Made by a program: the position numbers and the translations under genes. From Chrysomallon squamiferum (Eukaryota; Animalia; Mollusca): a stretch of DNA of 64,000 nucleotides. Below are positions 38,683 through 51,951 of the stretch, one piece after another. The notes beneath the pieces were generated by a model that ran no database searches, was not told the DNA's origin, and was given only the letters and a program-made list of their open reading frames with translations. The DNA lies in assembly GCA_012295275.1 (NCBI GenBank), contig CM022673.1, positions 25,544,001 to 25,608,000 of the forward strand, written 5' to 3'. How positions within the stretch are numbered: position 1 is the stretch's first letter; each line of letters opens with the position of its first letter.

Positions 38683-39326
38683 GAGTAGTAGCAGTAGTAT
38701 TAGTAGTATTAGTAGTAGTAGTAGTAGCAGCAGCAGCAGTAGTAGTAGTAGTTGTAGTAGGAGTAGTAGCAGTAGTATTAGTAGTATTAGTAGTATTAAC
38801 GGTACTGATAATATTAGTAATAGCTAGTAGCAACAACTGGTAAAGTAATAAACAACAAGTAATAAATAAACAAAAATATAAATAAATAAATAGATAGATA
38901 AAATAAACAAACAAACAAACGAATAAATAAATAATATAAATATAAACAAATAAATAGATAGATAAAATAATCAAACAAACAAACGAATATATAAATAAAT
39001 AAATAAATAAATAAACAAATAAACAAACAAATAAATAAATAAATAAACATTTACCTGTCTTTGGTGCTTTGATCTAACTGGCTAATCATTCGGGACACGT
39101 TGACGAGAAAGTCTGGTTTAAACACAACGACTTTAGTCCTGTGGGTCACCCCGGCGTTGTTAAACAGGTAACTCACCTGCATTGTCCACTGAATCTGCAA
39201 CCACGTAGCCGGCATTCGAATGAGTGAATGTAGGAATGAACGAACGAAGAACAAATAAATGAATATCGTGATGGTTAATTGTACTTGAAATCATTTTTTT
39301 TTGCGGTTATCAGAGGTCGTGTTTTT

Positions 39327-39382
<56 letters not shown>

Positions 39383-41941
39383 TTTTTTTTTTTTTTTATT
39401 CTATAATTATGACACAGAAATCGGTTAATCTGTATTTTACCTTTACTAATCAGTAAAATGTGAAGGTTTGTATCATTCTGGCAGTTCTTTCCATGAAAAA
39501 TGATTTATAAATAGAAAAATGCAGTTAATTTTTTCATTTTAATTTGTTTTTGGTTTTTTCGATATTAAAATTAATCAGTTTCGTAATTTTAAAACAATTT
39601 AATAAAAATAATGTTAGTAAGTTTTTTTCCCCAATAAATATCATATTAAGACTTACGGTATTTTGTGTTTTAGTTGTCAAATCGTCTAAAGTTATCTTGT
39701 TTTCTTCTGAATAAGGATCAGCTTGCCAGCTTGTATATAAAGCAGCCTGCAAATAATAATTTAATTACAGGACAATATCTTCATGACTTTATTTGTAATA
39801 AAAGTTTTCAAGAATAAAATTTTTGCGACAGTTTAAATGAAAATGTCAAGTAGACATAAATAAGTAAAAAATAAATAAATAAACAAACAAACAAACAAAC
39901 AAACAAATAAATAATAAATAAATAACCATGTAGGATTAATTTCTTGAAACAAAAATTTACATAAACTGTATATATATATATATATATATAAATTCAAAGA
40001 TCGACACAAATCACAAAAACATAGTTGAACTAGTGAACATGATCACGTTGAGCAAACAAAGACGTAGACAGATATTATGTGTAACAAAACAGTTAATAAA
40101 ACTTGTGCACTCAAAACGGACGAAGTGATGAGCTCATTTACCTTGGCAATGTTCGCTTCTATCTCAAAGGCGTCGTTGACAAACTGGCTTATTCGTTGTG
40201 TCTGGGTGGCAGGGTTCATTTTCACCCCGGAATCTCGGACAAGGAAAGTAGCAATTCGAGTCATAAATTTCTTGTAGTCGTTACGAACCTGCAACGCAGT
40301 AACAAAAAACAAAACAGTTATGATTGCGTCTCATTTGAATTTTGTATATTGTAGAACGGTAACTACGGGCGGGTCTAAACGTTTCTAATTCCATTTATCT
40401 CTGTTTGCCTGTCTGTCTGTATGTGCGTATATACGTATAGAGTAGGAATGTATTGTGGGTGTAAGGGTGTTGAAGTGCATAGTTTTATAATCTTGTCGAA
40501 ATTGTTAAATCGTAATCGGTGAAGAAATAAAAAGTAGTGAAATGATGGTAAGTTTCACTTTTGTCTTAAATAATTAGATTCGTTTATGTCTTAAAATATT
40601 CCAACAGTACATCATTATCTTATTTGTAACTCTAATGACTAACGTTTGAAATAATATAATGTGAATTTTTCCAGCTGCATCATGATTATAATTACGAATA
40701 CATAATTGTTAAAATGATAATTATAATAATTTTAAATGCAGTGTAATTGTCATACGTCTTTCTCTCACACAAACAAACGCGCGCTGGCGTTTGCGCACAT
40801 GAACACGCATGAAAATTGTTACCTTTTGGGTTTGAGGACTGACGTAATAGAACCATGGCATGTATCGTCCAGTTCCAGCTGGGTAAATCTAAATCAAGTA
40901 CAATTACATATAGCACTGAATATACACATATATATATATAACATATGCGTATTACATAGTTACGATAAGTCCACGATTCAATGTTACTTTGTATTCTTTA
41001 ACTTTAACTTTAACTTACTGCTTAGCTATTTTTTGACTGGGGCTCTTTATGAACAACTTTTAAACAAATTTTCACTTCCATTCAGTTTAATGACATTTTT
41101 TCACAAAACCGAAAAAAGTTTAGAACATATTTTAATAACCAGAATTCTCACATAAACAGTTTGAACTAATAATATATGCACCTGTGTGTATATATACATA
41201 ACGATTACAGGGGAGAAATAAATTTTACAGTTTTTAAGGTCTTACCCCAATTATTCTTTTCTTCCTGTTGGCCCAGTCGGGTATAACAGAAAGCCTGTAA
41301 AAAGCAGGGACCAGATATTTCTCTTGGACAATTTTCAGCTGGTTGTTGAAGTTAAAGTTATTGGCATTCCAGCTACCTAGGACAGACCAACCTTTCAAGT
41401 CCGGCAGAACTTTTTTGATGAACGGAGTTCCTTTCTTCTTCTCTATAACATAATCATTCATGCACGACGCGTACAAATCTTTCAGTTTCACCTCGGAAGA
41501 CCATTTGGAAATTCGAGTTTTCGAGGCTTCCATCAGCAGGCGAAGCCGCTCTTTGTTTTTGTAGTAGAGTTCGCTGAGCGGAGTCCTCCTCTGCCTGTCC
41601 GGACGAACTGGATTCCACGTCTTCCAGCCTCCGCACGCGTATTTGTGAAAGTTCTCGCACGGGTCCACGGACGTGTTCATGTTGCTGACCAGGTACGCGG
41701 CGCTTTCCAAACAAAGCTTCGTGGAACACGCTCCACCGAAGAGTCCGCTCTGATTCGAAGAGTTCTGATTGGCAACGCCAAAAAGCGCGGCCATGATCAG
41801 AAACAGGACGACGGTGACAATCAGCCCGACCGTCAAGACGCGCTCGCGAAGAGAAAAACCTTGCACGAAAGTTAACTTGTTTCCAAACTGGCCGAAGATC
41901 TGAGGCTTGTCCGGAGGAGATTCTTTGAAATCGTCAGCCAT
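31889..41941 (-). CDS. M13 family (neprilysin/endothelin-converting enzyme-like) type II membrane protein, copy B, predicted catalytically inactive, 775 aa
   Basis: 14 exons with the same phases as copy A and mostly the same lengths: 41941-41246, 40888-40823, 40288-40142, 39746-39657, 39194-39055, 37644-37422, 37147-37049, 36844-36767, 36513-36231, 34618-34458, 33917-33846, 33138-33040, 32501-32428, 31988-31889 (TAA). Motifs CSTKLC, DPCENFHKYACGGW, WMDDATRKYA, VPAGILQFP, IFFISAAQTYC, RVN...FSDAFRC...PMNPPNKCQLY. HExxH reads HFILH. AATAAA at 31631-31636. Confidence 0.93.
34625..36105. repeat. Inverted-repeat (foldback-like) structure built from 27-bp subrepeats in M13-B intron 9
   Basis: Left arm 34625-35390 (ttagtacagttctgtaaatttaatgta units); right arm 35835-36105 is its reverse complement, including a ~55-bp terminal segment. 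Internal direct repeat tacatttacacagatgatgtatacgttttaacgc at ~35386 and ~35808. Confidence 0.9.
38294..38584. mobile_element. Tc1/mariner pogo-type (Tigger4/MER46-like) MITE
   Basis: TA-flanked ends caggctgaggatccttt ... ggataaagaattctgaacagg; internal ccgaaatccgaaa repeats and aaacacttccggtcccaagcatt match the MER46/Tigger4 terminal sequence as recalled. Confidence 0.7.
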
Positions 41942-42244
41942 GTTTGGTGCTTGCTGTCAGCAGTGAGTCTGTGAAACTACAACGAGAAACACGCCCCCAA
42001 AAACACCGGGTCCAGAACACAACACTCATTAACCTAAGATATTACAGTCATGTGATGTTTGCTTGAAATACAGATGGAGCGGCGGTTCATGGGTGGTGTG
42101 TGTGTGTGTGTGTGTGACAGAAGCAGCTTGAATAAATTAGAAATTTGTTTCCGCAGATGTTTTTATATGCATATACGTAATTTCTTGGAAATGTAAATGA
42201 ATTTTTCATTTATGGTCATTATTTTTTTTCTAGTTTCCATTTTT

Positions 42245-42445
42245 GTTCGTATACTACTAGTAAACAGCCTGAAATCTTCTTCTGTAGCCGTATATACATA
42301 ATTTTCATACCTCTGACTGGGAAAGCCGTGTTTGGGTGTGGGTTTTTTTTGTGGGGAGTTTTGTTTGGTTTCTTTGTTTGGTTTGTTTTTTTTTTTTTGT
42401 TTTTCGCTGATGTATCGTTAAATATCCATTCATTCATTCCATTGA
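42245..42445 (+). mobile_element. Possible SINE 3' remnant
   Basis: Ends gctgatgtatcgttaaatatccattcattcattcc, a (cattc)-type tail resembling mollusc SINE ends from memory. Confidence 0.3.
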
Positions 42446-42987
42446 TCAATACCTAACAACATGTATTCCAGGGTAGCTATAATGATTTAATTTTTTTTAT
42501 AATAATCGTGCATTTGTACATTTATATGTTTCGTCCCTTCGTTTCATAGTAACCTGAATTAATCCCAGCCCCTCCCGTATCTTCCACCGTCTACTCCAGT
42601 ATTTACTCCCACAGTAGTTTAAACGTTTCAAAGTCCTGCACGACGTGTGATACTGAAATTTAACCGGTTCCAGCCTACCTTTGATTATGTTAATAACTTT
42701 GCTGTAACTCTAAACACGTCTAAAGTTTGATATTCAACTCTCTTCTGTCCTAATTTTGCATTTCACATGGTTAAAGCAAGCTGTAAAGAACAGACTAAGA
42801 TCTGTACTGCTTAATAGTGCTTAATACTACTTCTTTACCTTCAGTGATGGAAACGAGGGGATAAGCAGTGGTTTTTAATTTTGATTTTTCAGTTTATGAC
42901 TTCAGAAACATTTATTTGTTGGCTTTCTAACAATTAAAATTAACTGGTTTATTTTCTTTAATCATACATGCTTGTTTAGATTATCTG

Positions 42988-43025
<38 letters not shown>

Positions 43026-44039
43026 TAACAGATAATTCAGTACTTTTTCTACTCACTACCCCAATAAGAAACTGTATTTTCAGATTAAAAAAAAAAAAGT
43101 ACTTCCCCTATTCCCAGCCTACCAGTAAAACTCTTTTCCTTCAATGTTTAGAAGACACAGTTATAAATTATAAAGAAAGAACAGATAGTTCAGTGAGAAA
43201 AATATGCGACTTATTTAAATTTAATCGCTAAATGTGTTGTTCGCAAATATTTGAATAAGGCCAGACAGTCACACAAAGCGAGATACGTCACTTTATTAAA
43301 TCCTGCAGTAACTCTATACAGACAGAAACGCTGTACACGTTGATACGGATTTAGATGTTAAATCCAGAACTGCTGAAAATTAATGTACTTTGAAATAACA
43401 ATACGCCACATACATAAAACAGTGATAAAAACCAGCATTTCATCCAGTTTTTTTTTTTTTTTGCCAACGGGAGAACTCGTTTTATTTTGGAGGTTCTTCC
43501 GTGATATGAAAACATTATTAGGTTATTTGAAACCTTCATTTTTCAGCATTTATTGAAATACTCACTTATATACAGTTACAAAATCAAAATAACATTATAA
43601 GAAATGATAATAATGAAAGTTTAAAATATCTAACGTATAATAAAAAAAATAAAAAAAAAAAAAAAAATTATAAGAAAACAAGAAAGAAAGAATAAAAATT
43701 GTATTTAAACATTGTTTAAATCGTATCTTTAACAGTAAATATTTTTCTTTCAAGATACAATTTGTCACTGAAGATCAGTCTTAATTACGGTATAAAACAT
43801 GTCCAGCATTTTCCTATAACACAACAACGATAATAAAAATAATAATTATTAGTATTTATTACGACGTTTTGCCAGTACCTCAGTCTTTTAGGAATTTTTT
43901 AACGTGGGAAATACGATAAAAGGAAATGTCAGTCTCCGTGCATCCTGACGGGTGTTATTTATCGTCTAATTAATTCAACAGAAATGTAGGTCGTTTCTTT
44001 GAAACAAAATACAGTTTAATATCATCTGAATAAATTAAT

Positions 44040-44072
44040 GTATTAACAGATATCAGCTGCATTTATTATTTA

Positions 44073-44123
<51 letters not shown>

Positions 44124-44129
44124 AATAAA

Positions 44130-44175
<46 letters not shown>

Positions 44176-44814
44176 AATAAAAATATAAAAATAAATATTT
44201 AAAAAAAAAACGAAAACAAGACGACAAAGAAAAAGATGGCGGAGGTGAGGAGAGAAAAATAAACAAACAAACAAACAAACAACAAAAAAAAAAAACAAAA
44301 ACCATAAAAATATTTGGAGTCAGCAATGCAAATTCATAAAAAATCAGAATGTAACCTTAAATTACGTTTCAGTCCAATAATCAAGTTTAAATTTTTAGAA
44401 ATCAGATTTACAGAGAAGCAAAATATATACTTTTTTCTCTCATCAAAATCTACAACCAATTTTTGAAACAGAAACAAATAAAATCAAAACCAAAAATAAA
44501 AATCAGGATTTCGAGCAGACATAGATTCCTCAAATAAAACGCAAAAATAAAAATAAAAACAAACTACTTAAGCTATAAGAGGAAAATTAACAGATAAAAA
44601 TTTACAATTATAAAAATTATAATGAATAGGCTACTGCTGCAAGATTTTCCCCAGCAATATATAGAGTAACGATGGAAGGGAGATAACTCATGTAACATGA
44701 TGTACGAAAATTCTTTGAAATGTTTAGGCATAAAATATATTTTTGTTGGACTCAGTACATTTTTGAAAATATTCATCTCCTGCTTCCACTGATATGATTG
44801 ATCAATATATTTAA

Positions 44815-44849
<35 letters not shown>

Positions 44850-47015
44850 GTATTAAAAAATAAAAATAAAATAAAATAAAGAAAGAAGAAAAATTAATAA
44901 TAAAATAATAATATACCATACTGATAATTATACACATATTTGCCATTTCATTCCATATGTAAACAATATTGAACATTTAAAGCAAATTTAAAATACAAAA
45001 TATAAACACACATTTTTATATCCCTGACATGTAAAACTGAGCTTTAAAGCTGTTTTCATTATTAATACAGGTAAAAAGTACTAATATTTAACTTCAAAAA
45101 GCAGTTAACTGTACCAATACAAACAAGAGACATAAACAAAATGATTACTTCCCCTGACTGCATAACACTGAACATTAAAGATATTTTCAGTACTAACAAA
45201 TATTATCCATCAGTGATTACCTCCCTTGTATAATACTGAACCTCAAATTCAAACTTTTTTTTTTGAATTTTCAAGTTATTAATGCATTAAAAATTTAAAC
45301 ATTACTTCCTTCATTTGCAGTTGCCAGCAGCCTCCATGTATCCTCATGAGCATCATTTATCATATTAATTCAGCAGCAATTTAGACCATTTTTTGTTGAG
45401 AAAAAAGTAGTTTATTAACCTATTAATAATTATCATCAGCATTTATCATCTAAATTTTAAAAAAATAAAAAAATAAAAAATAAATTAAAAAAAACCAGGA
45501 AGAAGATAAAGAAAAAGATGGAGGAGGTGAAGAGAAAAAAAGAACAAAAACAAACAAACAAAACAAAAACAAAGCACCAAAACAAAAAACAAAACCAGCA
45601 AAAGTATTTGGAGACAAATTTTTATTTCTAAGCACAGATAAGTTTTTTTTTTTTTACAATGATGCAATGCATGAAAAATCAGCAATTAATCTTAAATTAC
45701 TTTTCAGTCAAATAATCAAGTTTAAATTTTTTTTTATTCACAGAGAAGCAAAATAATTTTTTTTTTTTTCTTTCATCAAAATGTACAACCAATTTTTGAA
45801 ACAGAAACAAGTAACATCAAAAACAAAAATAAAAATCAGGATTTCAAGCAGACCTAGATTCCTCAAATAAAACAAAAAAAATAAAAGATAAAGAAAAAGA
45901 AACCAACAAATTTTATTACAAATGCGTTATTTAAAAAGAACGTATAAAACTTTTCATTCAGTAACATTTAAACACAGAAATCCATTCATTTAAAATGATT
46001 AAGAGATTCCAAATGCAAGCACATACCAAACATTCTTTCATGATCCATTCATTTTGTTTTAAACAGCATTTCAATCTGTCATTGCACCAATGATATGGTT
46101 AATGGCTTTTCAAAGTGAAAAAAACTGAAACCATTCTGTTTATTATGAAAAATAAAATCTCCATTTTTTTTTTCCATTGCTTTTTAACTATCAACATTAT
46201 AAGTTTCAATAAAAAATAACAAGTTCAAGCAAACTGCTTAAGCAAAAAGAAGAAAATTAACAGATAAAAATTAAACATATAAAACCATAATGAATATTGC
46301 TGCAAGATTTTTCCCATCAATATACAGAGTAAGGATAAAATGAAGATAACTTGTATAACAGGAAAAAACGAGAATTCTTTTGAAATTTTCAGGCATAAAA
46401 TACATTTCTGAAAATATTCATCTCCAACTTCCACTGCAAATATTTGAAAATTATATTTAAAAAAAGAGAAATAATAATAATATAATAAATAAAATATAAA
46501 ATAAAAAAAACACTTAAATTAAATTAAATTAAAAAAACAAAAATAAAACAAATAAAAAAAGAATTTTTTTTTTTAAATAATTAAAATAAAATAACATACA
46601 GATAATTATAATCATATTTGCCATTTCGTTCCATACATCTACAATATTAAACATTTAAAACTATTTTCAGTATCAGTAAAAAATATAAACGTGATGATAT
46701 CCCTGACATGTAAAACTGAGCTTTAAAGTTGTATTCATTATTAATACAGGTAACAGGTACATATTTCAGTTTGTGGTACAATATTTAACTTCAAAAAGCA
46801 GTTAACCGTGCCAATACAAACAGGAGACATAAACAAAATGATTGCTTCCCCTGACTGCATAACACTGAACATTAAAGCTATTTTCAGTACTAACAAATGT
46901 TATCCATCTGTGATTATCTCCCCTGCATAATACTGAACTTCAAATTAATACATTTATTTTTTTATTTTTTTGTTATTAAATATTTTTAAATATTTACACA
47001 TTACTGCCTCTTCAT
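44040..47015. repeat. Diverged tandem duplication (~1.3 kb vs ~1.6 kb) downstream of ISYNA1
   Basis: Matching anchors: aaagaaaaagatgg.ggaggtga 44226/45508; tacaaccaatttttgaaacagaaacaa 44451/45784; gaaaattaacagataaaaatt 44582/46252; tatccctgacatgtaaaactgagctttaaag 45019/46697. Copy 2 has an extra ~330 bp at 45900-46225. Confidence 0.9.
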
Positions 47016-48044
47016 ATGTAGTACTAACCTCTTAAGTTAGTTATTTTAACTACAACAAAACCAAAATTTTCTTTTCTTTTATGGCAATAAAAACCTGGAG
47101 GTGAATAATAAAAAAAAAAAAAAAAAAACATTTAAAAAAATTAAAACTAGCATTTTGCTCTCTGAAATATTTGGTGATGACAATACTGCGATATTTTAAA
47201 TTTAATTCTTGTTGAAATGTTGTAGAATGTTCAATGTATCATTATTCCATCTTAAAAAAAAAAAAATCATAATAATAAAAAAAAAAAATCAAAGAGATTG
47301 GTATTCGGATATTTAAAGACCTGTTAAAATAAATCTTATCAGCATATCACAGGATGTACAATACTAAAACATCAGCTCACATGAAAACACATTTACAAAA
47401 CTATCATTCTTGATTTTATCAACTGCAACCCTGTGTTAAAAAAAATAAAAACATTTTTTTTTGTTTTTTTTTACATTTTATGTATGAAATAAAGATATTG
47501 GTAATGAATACAAAATTTGTACTGAAAAATCGACACACATCTTGTTCAACCAACAGCAAAATTGTACATTTTTACATACAACTCTGGTTTTTATACAGGT
47601 TTCAGTTTTGTTTAACAATATACATCACATACACTGCGTAAATGAAAAAAAAACATTTACTGGTTATTAAGAACATATCTAGGAAGTCTAGGACTGGACA
47701 TTTTACAAATATACACAACCAATTCTTTTCAGTGCATCTTGGACCAAAATGGAAGTCCTACTTACTGATTTCATAAAATGACACAATGATATTAAAAAAA
47801 AATTTAGGCCATTTTTAATTTTTTTTTGTTTTTGTTTTTAATTTTAATGAAAAGTATTGGCAGTCAAATTTTTCAAAATGTTAATCTTTACAGGCACATA
47901 ACCCAATATTAATTAGGCTCACCAAAATACCTGAATGTACAAGTGAGCAAACCAAACTTATAACATTTTTTTTTTTTTTTAAATTTATTATTTTTAAATT
48001 ATTTTATCTAAACATCAGTTCATTCTACAGCGGGTTTTTTCTGG

Positions 48045-50350
48045 TTACTTTTCACCTTCCATGCTGGCATCGACATATCCTTCTTGATACTGTCTGTGGA
48101 AACCATTATTGACATCACATGCACCATTGGACACCATTTTCTTTCCGATTTTCTTCACTTCTGGCACGGAGATAATTGCTGGAGGTACTGAGCTGGTGAT
48201 CTTCTCGTGCTTGTATTCCATCATCATGTGATTGACCGGGGACAGTCCAATGCACGCGCGGAATATATTCTCGATGCAGGCCCTCTGTCGGAAGAAGGCG
48301 TTGACAACCGGAGCACCTTTGGGGACAAGCGGAGCCTTGCAGAGGAAACTGAGGATGGACAGGACAGAGTTGAAACTCTCAAAGTCTTGTGAAGGGTCGG
48401 TTTTGAACTGAATACGTTCACAGATTTCGGCAATGATGACCAGGTCGAGAATGAGAGGGCAGGCGAGCAGGGAGTCCTCACAGGTGTTGTGGATGACGAT
48501 GGTGTTGGTGCCGCCCATCATGATCTCCGAGGTGTACTCGTCCATGGCTCGTTTGCTGTCCCCCACGTGTGGGACGTACTTGATGACAACGCAGTGGTCT
48601 GGCTTCTTGCCGTCTTTGTACAAGATGCTGTTGGAGTTGACCATGTCGTCAATGACGTTACTCTTGGAGATCTGGTTGAAAGAATAAAGAACTTTATAGA
48701 CATGCTGCTTAGGTGAGGGGAAAAATTAAAAACAACCATAGAAATTATTTTTGTAAAACATTCGTAAAAGTGAAGCAGACTACTGTATTACTATGTCATT
48801 AAAAAAAATAATGAAATGCTATCATTGTTACCATTGAAAACTGCAATATTAATTCTAAAAATACAGATAAAGATAAAATTACAATTCAAAATGAAAAAAC
48901 CACGTATGTAAATCAACTCACCTCTTTGGATCGGAATGTCTGAGGAGCTGACAGGTTTTTCCCATCGTTGTTTCCAAGGTGATTGTAGCTGACAATGGAC
49001 ACTGGTTTGATGCCCGCACTGATCAAAAAGTCAACCAGGACAGATTTCAGTTTGGTCTGTCCCGACTTGAAATCGTCACCGCCAATGAACACCTTCTTCT
49101 TCTGGGCCAGTTCGATAACACCGGGAACAAACGTGTTTTGAGGTGAACCGTTGATGTACGTGGCACCTTCCAAGATGGCTGCCGTTGCAAACAGCGTGGA
49201 GGGTGACACTTCGGAGGCGTTGTACTTGATGCTGTGCAGCAGGTTCTCAGCCGTGTCGTTGAGTCCCTCCCTGATGTCGGAGAATCGCTCGGTGTTTGCC
49301 GTCCACAGGATGATGACCTTGTCCACACCACTGCTCTCCTTGAAGTCTCTGATGTCCTGGCGCAGACGCACGAGAATCTCCTGCTTGGTCGACAGCTGGA
49401 TGATGTTGTCAGCACGGTCGGCCTGGTTCGCGGCGATGAAGTCGGGGATGTACACGGATGGACGGGGCTTCATCGCTTTCATGTAGGGAACAAGCTGCTG
49501 CTGGATGTTGTAGTCCAGGACGCGAGCTCGAGCCATAGCCTCAGCCATGTTCAGAGATGAAATGTCCCATCCTGTAAAAAAAAAATAAAATAATAATAAA
49601 TAAATAAATAAGAAATGATTTTGATAATATTAAAACTACAAAATATTGGAACTCTCAAAGTTATATTTCGTTTTTGATAATATTAAAACTATAAAAAATC
49701 GGATCTCTCAAACTTATATTTAGATTACAATTTTTATGGAACAGTTCAGATGAATTTAAATCTGTCAATTCTTATTTTGGTATTAAGTTTTAATTTTATA
49801 ATTATTATTATTATATATTTTTTTTTTTTTTTTTAAATTTTAAATAATGAAATCCTGTTTCTTGACTGCAATGTTAATAATACAGTGCAAGACATTATTA
49901 AAAACCTTTTTTTTAAATTTTATATTAACACAAAATAAAGCAGTTCCTACCGTCAAACACGATGTCATCGGGATCCACCATTGGCAACAGATTCTTCAGT
50001 GGAATATAAACCTCTCCCTCTGGGCCTGTCCCCAGGCACACAGTGCTGGCCTGGGTGATGGAACCAAAGTAGTTGGCGCTTTTCTTCCCGTCCTTTGTGT
50101 TCCAGCTGAGGCCCAGACGGTTTGCTATGGTTGACGCGATGACCGTGGTGCCGTTGTTTCCGCCCATCCCCACGAGCATGACGCCCAGCTTGGGCACCTT
50201 GCGCTGGGTTCGGAACGTGTACGAGGTAGAGACCGGCGTGGCCACGAGTTTTCCATTTTGAATCTGGACGTTAGTCGTCTGGTAGTTGTACTTGCTTTCG
50301 ATGTACGTGTCGGTGTACGTAACATCGGGGCTGTTCACTTCAATAGACAT
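48045..50350 (-). CDS. ISYNA1: Inositol-3-phosphate synthase (myo-inositol-1-phosphate synthase, MIPS/INO1), 558 aa
   Basis: Exons 50350-49951, 49571-48922, 48671-48045, phase-consistent. Hallmark motifs [60 protein letters not shown]|[24 protein letters not shown]. Confidence 0.98.
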
Positions 50351-50967
50351 CTTTGTAGCTTGGTTTTGTTTTGTTCCTCAGAGAACTAGAAAGAAGAAAA
50401 CGGTTACGTGTAGATATATATATATATATATACGTTCGTGTTCACGTGTGCATCTTGCATATAAAATGGTAGCTTAAATAAAGATTAACAGCATGGCATC
50501 TAATTCTTTCTATTTTTACTATTTTTAAACTAAACCACTAGCAACAGAAGTAATTTATACAACAATGACACATTTCTTTCTGTCGAGCCGATCGAATAAA
50601 CACGATCGATATGAACCAGGAAATACCAGTGATTTATGTTTGCATAGGTCACGTGAATATATAACGAGGTCAGATATTAAGCGTCTATTCGGCCGGTTAT
50701 ATTCGTTTTAAACTGACTTCGGTCTTTTAGGAAGGCGGTAACAATCACCTTTATGTTTCGTTATTCTTTTTCTTAACCGTTTGCAGATTCGTACGTCTTA
50801 TCTTTATTAGATATAAATTAAAACAACCTATGGCACCCGGCAGACAGATGTTATAACCTTGGACAGCTTCCAGAAATTTCCACGAAAGCAAGCATTTCAT
50901 TAGCTGGCTATAAAAAAACCCTAGGCCACGTGATATTCGCATCGCGAACGTTCTATGAAAAAATGTC

Positions 50968-51018
50968 CGGGGAATTCCAAGTAATTTTCCACGCATACAA
51001 ATTTTTCCATACTCAGCA
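50968..51018 (-). promoter_or_regulatory. Candidate osmotic/stress enhancer module 1 (NF-kB-type site, two TonE/ORE sites, MARE-like site)
   Basis: GGGGAATTCC 50969-50978; TGGAAAATTAC (minus, 50981-50991); TGGAAAAATTT (minus, 50999-51009); TGCTGAGTA (minus). Nearly the same module recurs at 56745. Confidence 0.6.
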
Positions 51019-51920
51019 TATTCACCGGCAACCTGACTGATAAACGGCTGTTATGCAGTTTCCTAGCGCTAAATACTAAAATAAATGAAAATACTCGCTT
51101 GAAAGCGTAACAATAACAAAAACGTGTTCTGCTGACTAACGGTTTAACAATTAGAACCCATACTGCCATTAAAATTTCAGGGATTTCTTTCTCTCCTGAA
51201 TGAAGGTCAAGTAGCACGCCGGTTTGTCAGTAAAAGTAGCTGATGTATTATTCCTATCAGTTATTTATAATACTATTGATCTGTCTAGTGTCCAGCGCTT
51301 TAGACTTTGTATGCATTCTTGTTAGTGAAATTCCGATATAAATCCATCTCGGAGTTGCAGATGAGCGAAATGTTACATGTAATCATTAAACGAGTAATCC
51401 ATTTCAGTGTTAAGAAATGTATTTTTGTTTTCCCTGTATTTAAAATTAATAAATAAATGACCTTCGCTAACACACGTACTGTTTCAGGCAATAGCGGTTG
51501 ATCAGTGATAGAAATAAAACGATGAAAATTTTTCGTTTCATTTATTATCGTTTATTTCTGAAAAAGATTTCTTTAAAAAAAAACAAAAAAAAACAACCTT
51601 TACTTCGATTTGTGCTTCTTTTACAGTTCTAATTCGTTTTGTGACATAATTTACAAATTATTACTTATTTTTGAGATAATTATTTAAAATGTAACCATGA
51701 AAAAAAAAAAAAAAAACATAAAAATATCTGATCTTCTTAGCCTAACATGTATATATAGTACATTAATAAATATACTTCATTTAATAAATACATAATAAAA
51801 AAAATAATAAAACCAAAAATAAATATAATAAATGAATAAATAAATAATTTAAAAAAAAAGAAAAAAATTTAAAAAATCAAATAAAAAACACACACACAAA
51901 AAAAAAAAAAAAAAAGAAAG

Positions 51921-51951
<31 letters not shown>

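Noticed and set aside
12170-41941. Calling the M13 genes pseudogenes
   Set aside because: No frameshifts or internal stops across 14 exons each; splice phases and the Cys scaffold are conserved.
48045-50350. Horizontal or retro origin of the intron-poor ISYNA1
   Set aside because: It has two canonical coding introns plus a likely 5' UTR intron and a eukaryote-type length and motif set.
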